From Polyangia bacterium (lineage in GTDB: Bacteria > Myxococcota_A > Polyangia > Nannocystales > Nannocystaceae): a stretch of 64,000 nucleotides of DNA. Position numbers and translations under genes: made by a program. The notes below the pieces were generated by a model that saw nothing but the letters and a program-made list of their open reading frames with translations, ran no database searches and was not told the DNA's origin. The stretch spans positions 239,225 through 303,224 of the forward strand of contig JAUIKS010000008.1 of assembly GCA_030430565.1 (NCBI GenBank), written 5' to 3'. Shown here one piece after another: positions 56,435-64,000 of the stretch. The first letter of the stretch is position 1. Every line of letters begins with the position of its first letter.

Positions 56435-57886
56435 CTACCCTCGCTGCGGTGATGAGGCGGGCGCCTCGCCGCTCGCGGCCCCCTCGGCCTGCGCGCGCTC
56501 ATGCGCGAGCGCGCGCTCCTCGAGCTCCCGCAGGTGCTTGACCCGCGCGGCCTCCTCCGCCGCCGCGCGGGCGTTCAGCGCCTTGATCTGCGCGTCGATC
56601 TCCTTGGCGCGCTCGATGATGTCGAGGGTCTCGTCGATCGAGGCCAGCCGATCCTGCGCCTCGAGCACCTCGATCTTGAAGTCCGCGCGCTTGCCCGCGA
56701 TCTCGATGAAGCGCTTGAAGTGCTTCTCGGCGACCAAGAAGTACTTCTTGGTCTTCTCGTTGCTGACCTCGCCGTCCGAGGAGACGTGATCCTGGTTGAG
56801 CACGCCGAGGTTGAAGGCCGGCCGCGGATCCTTCGGGTCGAGCTTGGCCGCGGCGAGGTACGCCTGCTTGGCCGCCTCGAACTTCTTGAGCCCGCGCAGC
56901 GCGACGCCGTAGCCGATCTGCGCCTCGACGTTGTCGCGCTGGATCGGGTCCTTAAACGCGACTTCGAAGCCCTTGACCGCCTTCTCGTAGTTGCGGAAGC
57001 GGATCGCGATGAACGCGATGTTGAGGTTCGCCTCGACGTGCTCCGGCTGGATCCGGACGGCCTCTTCGAAGGCCTTGAGCGCGGCGATCTGATCGTCGCG
57101 GCCGAGCACGAGCAAGCCCTTGATGTTCATCAGGTCGGCGCTCTCGCGCCCCTGCTCGCGGATCACCCGAAGCCCCTGCTGGACGACGAGGTTCGCGAGC
57201 ACGGTGTAGGACTCGTCCTGCAGCCGCCCGCGATCGTAGTAGAGCCGCGCGAGGTTCTCGTAGGCCCGCTGGTTGCTCGAGTCGAGCGCGAGGACCTCCT
57301 GGATCGAGCGCTCTGCCTCTTCGAAGGCCTGACGATCGGCGGTGCGCACGTAGGCGTCGCGCGCGAGGCCGGCGACGTTGTTGCGGGCGGCGAGCGCCTG
57401 CAGCCGGCTCTTGTCGACGGCCGAGCGGAAGTGCTTGACGGCGGCGCCTCGCTGCCCCCGCTCCCACTCGATGACGCCGAGGTTGTTGTAGGCGAGCGCG
57501 AAGTCGGGCGCGGTCTTCAGCAGCCCGCTGTAGATCGTCGCGGCGTCCTCGAGCTGCCCGCAGCGCTCGCGCACGGCCCCGGCGTTGAACTGCGCGATCG
57601 CCATCGCGTTGCCGTGCCGCTTGTAGACGTCGGCGAAGGCCTTCGCCAGCTCGTCGCACTCGCGCTCGGTCAGCTCCGCGCCCTTGGCCGTCGCCTGCTG
57701 GTAGCGCGCGACGACCTCGTCAAAGTCATCGCGCGCCTGCTGGGTCAGCGGCGGCTCCTCGCAGCCCTCCGGATCGGTGCAGGTCTCCGCCACGGGCGGC
57801 GTCGGGGGCTCGATGATCTTCGGGGTGCAGGCGCTCGCTACAGCGGCGATCGCGGTGACCGCCAGGATTCGAATCATGTGTTGCAT
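56435..57886 (-). CDS. TPR-repeat lipoprotein with C-terminal coiled coil
   Basis: ATG at 57886 gives MQHMIRILAVTAIAAVASACTP (lipobox SAC). Multiple TPR-like units (AYNNLGVIEWERGQRGAAVKHFRSAV, YENLARLYYDRGRLQDE...). Lys/Glu-rich C-terminal helix. Confidence 0.75.
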   Translation of the reverse strand: MQHMIRILAVTAIAAVASACTPKIIEPPTPPVAETCTDPEGCEEPPLTQQARDDFDEVVARYQQATAKGAELTERECDELAKAFADVYKRHGNAMAIAQFNAGAVRERCGQLEDAATIYSGLLKTAPDFALAYNNLGVIEWERGQRGAAVKHFRSAVDKSRLQALAARNNVAGLARDAYVRTADRQAFEEAERSIQEVLALDSSNQRAYENLARLYYDRGRLQDESYTVLANLVVQQGLRVIREQGRESADLMNIKGLLVLGRDDQIAALKAFEEAVRIQPEHVEANLNIAFIAIRFRNYEKAVKGFEVAFKDPIQRDNVEAQIGYGVALRGLKKFEAAKQAYLAAAKLDPKDPRPAFNLGVLNQDHVSSDGEVSNEKTKKYFLVAEKHFKRFIEIAGKRADFKIEVLEAQDRLASIDETLDIIERAKEIDAQIKALNARAAAEEAARVKHLRELEERALAHERAQAEGAASGEAPASSPQRG

Positions 57887-58203
57887 GGTGTGATCACTCC
57901 GTACTGAGGGCACACCTCCCCCGTGACGCGCGGAGAACGAGCCCGCGCGCCCCGAGTCAGGGGTGCCGTTTGTCCTCGCGTGCAAACGATGTTGCGTACA
58001 TGTGGGTGACCGAGCTGTCCGCCGGACCATCGCGCGCCTGACGGCCGAGACGGGGATATCGATCAGGGCAGACAACGCACGAGCGGCGCGAACGAGCTCC
58101 CACGACCGGAGAAAATTCGAGTCAGCGCGAAATCATCCCCGTGTCGCTCACCGGCGGCGCGGGGGTACACTGGGCGCGAGGCGAGCCCGTGAACCTGCTG
58201 CGC

Positions 58204-59415
58204 ATGGCCTGGAGAAACGTGTGGCGAAACCAGCGTCGCAGCCTCGTGACGATCGCCGCGATCGCGCTCGCGCTGACGGTCGAGCTGCTCTACTCGGGCC
58301 TCGTCGTCGGCTACGTCCAGGGGATGGAGCGCGACGTGGTCGACCTCGAGCTCGGCGACGTGCAGATCCACGCCGAGGGCTACCGCGAGCGCCCCTCGCT
58401 CTACACCAAGATCGAGGCGCCCGAGCCGCTGCTCGCGGCGCTCGACGAGCGCGGCTACCCGGCGAGCGCGCGCCTGCTCGCCGGGGGGCTCGGCGCCTCC
58501 GGCAAGCTCTCGGCGGGCGTGCAGCTGCTCGGGCTCAATGTCGAGCGTGACCAAAAGGTCAGCTCGATCCACGCCCGCGTGGCCGCGGGCGCGTGGCTCG
58601 ACCCCGGCGACCCGTCGGGCGTCGTCGTCGGCAGCAGGCTCGGCAAGACGCTCGAGCTCGAGCCCGGCGACGAGCTCATCGTGCTGACGCAGGGCGCCGA
58701 CGGCAGCATGGCGAACGAGCTCTACACGGTCCGCGGCGTGCTGCTGAGCGTCGCGGGCGGGACCGACCGCGCGGCCGTGTTCATGACGGAGGACGCGTTC
58801 CGGGAGCTGATGGTCTTCCCCGAGGGGGCCCACCGCGTCATCGTGCGCCGCCCCGCGAAGGTCCCCGTCGATCAGGCCGCGGAGGCCGTGCAGGAGGTGA
58901 CGGGCCCGCTCGCGGCGGAGCTCGAGGTCAAGACCTGGAAGCAGCTGATGCCGGTCGTCGCGACGATGCTCGAGTCGACCCAGGGGATGATCTTCATCAT
59001 CTTCTTCATCATCTACATCGCGGTCGGGCTGCTGCTGCTCAACGCGATGCTGATGGCCGTGTTCGAGCGCATCCGCGAGTTCGGCCTGCTCAAGGCGCTG
59101 GGCGTGGAGCCGCGGCGCGTCATGCTCGTGATCTTCGCCGAGAGCGCGATCCAGACCGCGATCGCGATCCTCATCAGCGCCGCGCTGGCGACGCCGTCGA
59201 TGTGGTACCTGGCCACGCGCGGCATCGACGTCGGCGGGCTCGCGGGCACCGACATGATGGGCGTGGCGATGCGCCCGGTCTGGTACGGCGTCTACAACCT
59301 CGAGACGATCAAGGGCCCCTTCATCTCGCTGTTCGTCATCATCGGGCTGGCGATCCTCTACCCCGCGTTCAAGGCCGCGCGGCTCAACCCGGTGCAGGCC
59401 ATGCGCCACCGCTAA
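58204..59415 (+). CDS. ABC-transporter permease, FtsX/LolC/E-like
   Basis: ATG at 58204 gives MAWRNVWRNQRRSLVTIAAIALALTVELLY (N-terminal transmembrane segment). Periplasmic domain, then C-terminal FtsX module (IFIIFFIIYIAVGLLLLNAMLMAVFERIREFGLLKALG). Confidence 0.8.
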   Translation: MAWRNVWRNQRRSLVTIAAIALALTVELLYSGLVVGYVQGMERDVVDLELGDVQIHAEGYRERPSLYTKIEAPEPLLAALDERGYPASARLLAGGLGASGKLSAGVQLLGLNVERDQKVSSIHARVAAGAWLDPGDPSGVVVGSRLGKTLELEPGDELIVLTQGADGSMANELYTVRGVLLSVAGGTDRAAVFMTEDAFRELMVFPEGAHRVIVRRPAKVPVDQAAEAVQEVTGPLAAELEVKTWKQLMPVVATMLESTQGMIFIIFFIIYIAVGLLLLNAMLMAVFERIREFGLLKALGVEPRRVMLVIFAESAIQTAIAILISAALATPSMWYLATRGIDVGGLAGTDMMGVAMRPVWYGVYNLETIKGPFISLFVIIGLAILYPAFKAARLNPVQAMRHR

Positions 59416-59434
59416 CAGGCAGGAGAGACGCGCG

Positions 59435-60682
59435 ATGAGCATCACGAAGCTGGCCGCGATCGCCTGGCGGAACCTCTGGCGCCAGCGCCGGCGCACGCTG
59501 CTGACGCTGTCGTCGATCGTGTTCGGCTTCTTCCTGGCGGTGCTGTTCACCTCGATGCAGGACCGCTCGTTCGCCACCATGATCGACACCGCGGCCCGAC
59601 AGGGCGGCGGGCACGTCTCGCTGCAGCACCCCGAGTACCAGGGCTCGCCCTCGCTGCTGAAGACCGTGACCGGCAGCGACGCGCTGATCGAGCGGGCGAC
59701 CGCGGACCCGGGGATCCAGCGCGCGGTGCCGCGGATCGTGGGACACGCGTCGGTCGCGACGGCGCGCGACAACTTCGGCGCGCTGCTCTTGGCCTACGAT
59801 CCCGCGCTCGAGGACGAGCGCACCATGACCTTCGGCGAGGCGCTCGTCGAGGGCGAGATGTACACGAGCTCGCGCGACAAGGGCGTCATCCTGGGCGAGC
59901 GCCTGGCGAAGAACCTGGGCGTCACGCTGGGCAAGAAAGTCGTCTACACGGTGATGAACAAGCAGGGCGACGTGGTGTCGGGGATGGGGCGCCTGAGCGG
60001 CATCATCCGCACCGGCGCGCCGAGCCTCGACGCCGGGCTGTTCCTGCTGCCGATCGACACCGCCCGCGAGACGCTCGGCTACGCGCCCGACGAGAGCACG
60101 GCGGTCGCGGTGTTCATCGAGGACTCGCGCCGGAGCGCCGCGGTCGCGCGCCGGCTCGGCGCCGCGGTCGGGCCCGAGGTCGCGGCGCTGACCTGGGACG
60201 AGAACCAGCCGCAGCTGCGCGGCTTCATCGCCATGAAGGTCGGCGGCGCGCGCTTCATGGAGCTGATCATCGGGCTCCTGGTCGCGGCGGCGATCTTCAA
60301 CACGCTGTTCGTGTCGGTGATGGAGCGGCTGCGCGAGTTCGGGATCATGCTGGCGATCGGCTTCTCGCCGCGCCAGCTGTTCGGGATGGTGATGCTCGAG
60401 AGCCTCTGGCTGGCGCTGGTCGGCCTCGCGGTCGGTGGGCTGCTGACCTACGGCCCGTACACCTACCTCGCGCGCACGGGCGTCGACATGACCGAGATGC
60501 TCGGCGACTCGATGACGGAGGTCGCGGGGGTCGGCTTCGATCCGATCCTGAAGGTGGGCATCTTCCCGGAGAACCTGCTGCTGATCGTCGTCGCGGTGCT
60601 GCTCGCGACGCTGGCGGCGGGGGTGTACCCGGCGTGGCGGGCGGGCTCGGTGACGCCGGTCGAGTCGATTAAGCTGGTCTAG
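59435..60682 (+). CDS. ABC-transporter permease, FtsX/LolC/E-like (second copy)
   Basis: MSITKLAAIAWRNLWRQRRRTLLTLSSIVFGFFLAVLF. Same architecture as the upstream gene. 20-bp gap. Confidence 0.8.
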   Translation: MSITKLAAIAWRNLWRQRRRTLLTLSSIVFGFFLAVLFTSMQDRSFATMIDTAARQGGGHVSLQHPEYQGSPSLLKTVTGSDALIERATADPGIQRAVPRIVGHASVATARDNFGALLLAYDPALEDERTMTFGEALVEGEMYTSSRDKGVILGERLAKNLGVTLGKKVVYTVMNKQGDVVSGMGRLSGIIRTGAPSLDAGLFLLPIDTARETLGYAPDESTAVAVFIEDSRRSAAVARRLGAAVGPEVAALTWDENQPQLRGFIAMKVGGARFMELIIGLLVAAAIFNTLFVSVMERLREFGIMLAIGFSPRQLFGMVMLESLWLALVGLAVGGLLTYGPYTYLARTGVDMTEMLGDSMTEVAGVGFDPILKVGIFPENLLLIVVAVLLATLAAGVYPAWRAGSVTPVESIKLV

Positions 60683-60706
60683 AGGTCATCCGAGCGCGCG
60701 GGCAGC

Positions 60707-61807
60707 TCATTCCTCTCTCGCGTCGCCGCGCCGGGCCGCGGCCGCGCGGCCGCGCGTCAGCACGCGCAGCAGCGCGCGGCGATGAAACTCGCGGTTCAAG
60801 AGCAGCAGGTCGACGATGATCTTGCGCGACCAGCCGGCGCGAGCGTCGACGAGCCAGCTGGGCACCATCCACCCGCGCGGGTTCTCGCGCCACAGCGCCG
60901 CCGCGAGCAGCTGCGCCTCGCGCGGGAAGCCCTTGGCGTCGTGACCCACGTGCGCGACGAATTCACGCGGGGGGAGCGGAGCTCCGCGTTGACCGAGCGC
61001 GATGATCCTGAGCGCGCGCATGGTCTCGTTAGGGCGATCGCGGTCGATGTAGCGAGCTCGCATGAGCGCCTCGACAGGCTCACGCTGACTCCGGCGGTAC
61101 GCCCGCGCGCCGCTGAGCAGCGCGTAGTCGGGGGCGCGCTCGCGGTCGACGGCGACCGACGAGGCGGGCGACTTGATCCCGAGGCTGATCGCGCAGCGAC
61201 CGAGCGCGCGCAGGATCCTCTGCCAGCGTGAGGGAGGTGACGCGACGGCCGGCTCCGGCACCTGCAGCGCGCGCTCGATCCAGTCCATGGGGACAGGTTC
61301 GCGCAGCTCGATCATCAGCTGCAGCGCGGCCGCGCGCACGCCCAGCTCCTCGGTGTAGAGGCAGCGCTCGACGAGCGGCAGCGCGGCGCGGCCGAGGTGT
61401 CTCCACGCGATGTCGAGCCCGCGCTCGACGGTCCACTGCTCCTGCTCGGCGCGCGACCAGTGACTCGCCGGCGCGCCGACCTCGTGCTCGGGCCGCTCGA
61501 CCTTGATCAGCGCGTCGCAGGCGAGCACCGTGACCGCGCGGTGACGCGAGCACGCCAGCGCAGCGAGGCCCTGGACGGCCTCGCGCTGCTCCTCAGCGCC
61601 GACGAACGCGAGCGCGACGAGAAATTCGGCGAGGCGCTTGAGGGTCGCGGGAGCGATCGACGCGTCGCGCAGCGTCACGAGCGCGCTGGGGAGCCGCTGC
61701 CGAATCGCGCGCGCGATCTCAGCGCTCTCGAGGCTCGCCGAGGCGTCGAGCCCGAGCTCACGCGCGAGTTGACGAGAGAGGCTTCGCGACATCCGCGCGC
61801 TCAACAA
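60707..61807 (-). CDS. Hypothetical helical-repeat protein
   Basis: 366-aa ORF with Ala/Leu/Arg-rich helical composition and no recognisable motif. The overlapping plus ORFs are R-rich. Confidence 0.5.
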   Translation of the reverse strand: MLSARMSRSLSRQLARELGLDASASLESAEIARAIRQRLPSALVTLRDASIAPATLKRLAEFLVALAFVGAEEQREAVQGLAALACSRHRAVTVLACDALIKVERPEHEVGAPASHWSRAEQEQWTVERGLDIAWRHLGRAALPLVERCLYTEELGVRAAALQLMIELREPVPMDWIERALQVPEPAVASPPSRWQRILRALGRCAISLGIKSPASSVAVDRERAPDYALLSGARAYRRSQREPVEALMRARYIDRDRPNETMRALRIIALGQRGAPLPPREFVAHVGHDAKGFPREAQLLAAALWRENPRGWMVPSWLVDARAGWSRKIIVDLLLLNREFHRRALLRVLTRGRAAAARRGDAREE

Positions 61808-61847
61808 TACCAGGCGTCGCGGTCGCGCTGCTCGCCGTCGCGGTCAC

Positions 61848-62618
61848 CTAGGGCAGCTCGGCGGAGAAGTCGGCCTCGAGGATCGCGGTCGCGTCGCCCT
61901 TCGTCATGATCACCTCGACGCTGCCCGCGATCAGCCCGCCCGGGCCGTGGTCGACGCTGGTGAAGGTCACGGTCCCCATGTTGGTGTCGCCGAAGTACAT
62001 GCCCTGGGCCGCGGGCGGGAGCTCGGCGTTGTTGGCCGAGAGCGTCACGTAGCTGCCGCTGTAGTCCGGGGTCAGCAGGTTGAGGCCCAGCGACGCGTCC
62101 TTGTCGACGTAGATCGCCCAGATCGTCCAGCCGCCGTCTTGTTGAAAGCGCAGGAGGGTGTGATCGCCGACGTCGTTGGCGTCGCAGAAAGTGCAGTCAT
62201 TAAAACTGACCTGCTCGCCGAAGCCCGGCCCGCTGTAATCGATCTGCGTCATCGACCAGATCGGGCCCAGGTCACCGTCGCCATCGCCGTCTCCATCCCC
62301 GTCTCCGTCTCCATCCCCGTCGCCGTCTCCGTCTCCATCCCCGTCGCCGTCTCCGTCTCCATCCCCGTCGCCGTCTCCGTCTCCGTCTCCATCGCCGTCT
62401 CCATCGCCGTCTCCGTCACCGTCGCCGTCTCCGTCTCCGTCTCCGTCGCCGTCTCCGTCGCCCGGGCCCGCAGTCGTGGTGCTGTCGCCGTCGCCGTCTC
62501 CGTCACCATCTCCGCCCGCGTCCGTGCTGCTCTCGGTGCCGCCGTCGTCGCCACTGCACGCCGGGACCGCGATCAGTGCTGCGCACATTCCGAGGATGAT
62601 GAGCGTTCGCGCCGTCAT
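61848..62618 (-). CDS. Lipoprotein with ~31-copy Gly-Asp dipeptide repeat (paralogous architecture to 37036..38340)
   Basis: ATG at 62618 gives MTARTLIILGMCAALIAVPACSGDDGG (lipobox PAC), then (GD)n, then a ~150-aa beta-rich C-terminal domain (GGWTIWAIYVDKDASLG...). Confidence 0.7.
   Translation of the reverse strand: MTARTLIILGMCAALIAVPACSGDDGGTESSTDAGGDGDGDGDGDSTTTAGPGDGDGDGDGDGDGDGDGDGDGDGDGDGDGDGDGDGDGDGDGDGDGDGDGDGDGDGDGDGDGDGDLGPIWSMTQIDYSGPGFGEQVSFNDCTFCDANDVGDHTLLRFQQDGGWTIWAIYVDKDASLGLNLLTPDYSGSYVTLSANNAELPPAAQGMYFGDTNMGTVTFTSVDHGPGGLIAGSVEVIMTKGDATAILEADFSAELP
62275..62460 (-). repeat. (GGCGAC)n-type hexanucleotide microsatellite encoding poly(Gly-Asp)
   Basis: The plus strand reads gtcgccatcgccgtctccatccccgtctccgtc... 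for about 185 bp. A shorter tract sits at about 62470-62510. Confidence 0.9.
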
Positions 62619-62793
62619 GGGGCGCACGCTACTTCGTCGCGCGTGAACAGGCGAGCGCCCGCGCCCGTGCGCAAGCGAGTTCACACTCCGCGTTTGCAAT
62701 CGCGGCGCGCCGTCATGATCGGTCTCTTGGAGCAGATCTCGATGACGCTGATATAACCCTCGCCTCGGGACGCGCGCGCCCGAGGGGGAGAAC

Positions 62794-63048
62794 GTGATGA
62801 ACCTGGACGAACGCTTTGAGGACGCCGTCACGCGGAGCCGATCGCTGCCGGCTCAGTCCAACGAGAACCTGCTGATGCTCTACGCCCTCTACAAGCAGGC
62901 CAAGCACGGCGACGCGTCGGGGCCGGAGCCTGGGCGCTTCGATATCCGCGGGCGCAAGAAGTACAACGCCTGGGCGGACTTCGAGGGCACGCCGCCGGCC
63001 GAGGCGAAGGAAGAGTACATCGCGCTCGTCGATCGCCTGAGCGGTTAG
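62794..63048 (+). CDS. Acyl-CoA-binding protein (ACBP)
   Basis: LLMLYALYKQAKHGDASGPEPGRFDIRGRKKYNAWADFEG matches the ACBP signature (YK/KQA-x-x-GD...KW-x-AW). 84 aa. Confidence 0.8.
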   Translation: MMNLDERFEDAVTRSRSLPAQSNENLLMLYALYKQAKHGDASGPEPGRFDIRGRKKYNAWADFEGTPPAEAKEEYIALVDRLSG

Positions 63049-63058
63049 GCGAGCCCGC

Positions 63059-63856
63059 TTAACGCCGCAGGCGCGCGAGGACGTCGGGCGGGAGCCGAGC
63101 GTCGCGCTCGAGCCGTCGCAGGAGCTGCTCGCGTACGCGGGCGGTGGGAGACGCCGACGGCGACGCTTCGGGCGCGTCGACGTCGGGGCAGCCGTCCTCG
63201 TCCGCGACGCCGTCGTAGTCCTCGGGCTCGTTGCGACAGTCCTCCTCGCGGCCGTCGGGTCGCGATCGGCGATCGTTGTTCTGCCAGCGGTAGGTCCTGT
63301 TGAGCTCGTCGCGCGTGAGCGCGGCGGCGTCGAGGACGCCGTCGCCGTCATTGTCGCGGTCGGGGCAGCCGTCCTCGTCCTCGAAGGAGTCGAAGTCCTC
63401 GGGCAGCTCCGGGCACGCGTCGTTGTGGTCGTCGTAGCCGTCGTCGTCGCGATCGTCGACGCTGAGGCAGCCCACGCGGATCGGTCTCCAACCGCCCGGC
63501 GCCCCGCCCTCGGCGTAGGTCTTGCGACCCAGCAGCTCCGCGGCGCGCCGCGTCGCCTCCGCGTCGCCCATCGCCACGGCGTCTTCGAAGATCTCGAGGA
63601 CCATGTCGTCAGCCTCGCGCCAGCGCTCGAAGTCCTCCATAAGGCTCTCGGCGATGTCGAGGCGGATCGAGAGCGCGGACTCAGGGACCATCCGCGCGGC
63701 CTCCTCGAGCCGGCTGACATCTCCTCGCGCGCGCCCCTCGGCGATCAGCGCTTGCGCCCGCTGGGCGCTCGCGTCGCGCGTCGTCGCGCAGCCGGTTTGA
63801 CCTGCGCAGAGAGGCAGGAGCGCGAGCAACCACAGCAGCGCGCGCGTGCGCGTCAT
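63059..63856 (-). CDS. Lipoprotein with thrombospondin-type-3-like Ca-binding repeats
   Basis: MTRTRALLWLLALLPLCAGQTGCATT (lipobox-like). DDRDDDGYDDHNDACPELPEDFDSFEDEDGCPDRDNDGDGVLD and DYDGVADEDGCPD repeats. Confidence 0.65.
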   Translation of the reverse strand: MTRTRALLWLLALLPLCAGQTGCATTRDASAQRAQALIAEGRARGDVSRLEEAARMVPESALSIRLDIAESLMEDFERWREADDMVLEIFEDAVAMGDAEATRRAAELLGRKTYAEGGAPGGWRPIRVGCLSVDDRDDDGYDDHNDACPELPEDFDSFEDEDGCPDRDNDGDGVLDAAALTRDELNRTYRWQNNDRRSRPDGREEDCRNEPEDYDGVADEDGCPDVDAPEASPSASPTARVREQLLRRLERDARLPPDVLARLRR

Positions 63857-63869
63857 CGCGGCCCTCGCT

Positions 63870-64000
63870 CACTCGAAGGGCGCATCCGGCCGGTCCACGT
63901 CGTCGGGCGTCGCGTCGTCGTCGGGCGCGTCCGCCTCGTCCTCGGCGTCTTCTTCGTCGACGAGCTCGAGCGCCTCGACGCAGGCCTCGATCTTCTGCAG
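63870..64000 (-). CDS. 3' end of a gene with acidic C-terminal tail (partial, continues beyond the window end)
   Basis: Manual minus translation reads ...LQKIEACVEALELVDEEDAEDEADAPDDDATPDDVDRPDAPFE, with TGA stop at 63870-63872. Confidence 0.4.

Noticed and set aside
56501-57907. 468-aa plus ORF
   Set aside because: Antisense to the TPR lipoprotein. L/R/D/E/V repetitive.

Overview
This 64 kb window is ~70-73% GC and gene-dense, with about 50 protein-coding genes on both strands. I inferred a myxobacterial (Myxococcota/Polyangiaceae-like) chromosomal origin, based on the GC content, the many lipoproteins, TPR and thrombospondin-type-3 (TSP3) repeat proteins, and a hybrid Ser/Thr-kinase/histidine-kinase gene. 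I saw no rRNA, tRNA, CRISPR array, transposase or integrase. Most long ORFs in the six-frame track are antisense or off-frame shadows of real genes, with R/A/G/P-rich translations, so I called genes from recognisable protein motifs, signal peptides and third-codon-position GC.

Recognisable genes:
- Glycogen/maltodextrin genes, dispersed rather than clustered: glgB, glgX, malQ and glk.
- serB (ACT-ACT-HAD).
- RNase H with an N-terminal hybrid-binding domain.
- A 2183-aa protein with kinase-like, STAND NTPase, TPR, GAF, HisKA/HATPase, two receiver and HPt domains.
- An Hsp90/HtpG-like ATPase followed by a large TPR-like protein.
- tesB, placed divergently from a 4-hydroxybutyryl-CoA dehydratase/HpaB-family gene.
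- A cluster of a ferritin-like diiron protein, a TetR regulator, an alpha/beta hydrolase and a possible DUF2236/MpaB-like oxygenase.
- An MBL-fold hydrolase.
- A beta-lactamase-family serine hydrolase.
- A TauD-like dioxygenase overlapping a GNAT acetyltransferase.
- Two FtsX-type ABC permeases with no ATPase in the window.
- Acyl-CoA-binding protein, a MYG1-like protein, a bestrophin-like protein, and many secreted or lipoprotein genes.

Observations most worth following up:
- A DUF1573-like lipoprotein reading frame with a single in-frame TGA exactly where the family's conserved Cys sits, followed by a stable hairpin. This is a candidate selenocysteine codon, or alternatively a pseudogene or sequencing error.
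- An Hsp90-like ATPase and TPR protein two-gene operon.
- A WD40-like coding remnant running antisense through a HAD-like ORF.
- A probable pseudokinase domain (HKG/DFS instead of HRD/DFG) in the giant signalling protein.
- Two lipoproteins carrying roughly 27-31 copy poly(Gly-Asp) tracts encoded by hexanucleotide microsatellites.
- An N-terminally truncated alpha/beta-hydrolase that is a paralog of a full-length copy elsewhere in the window.
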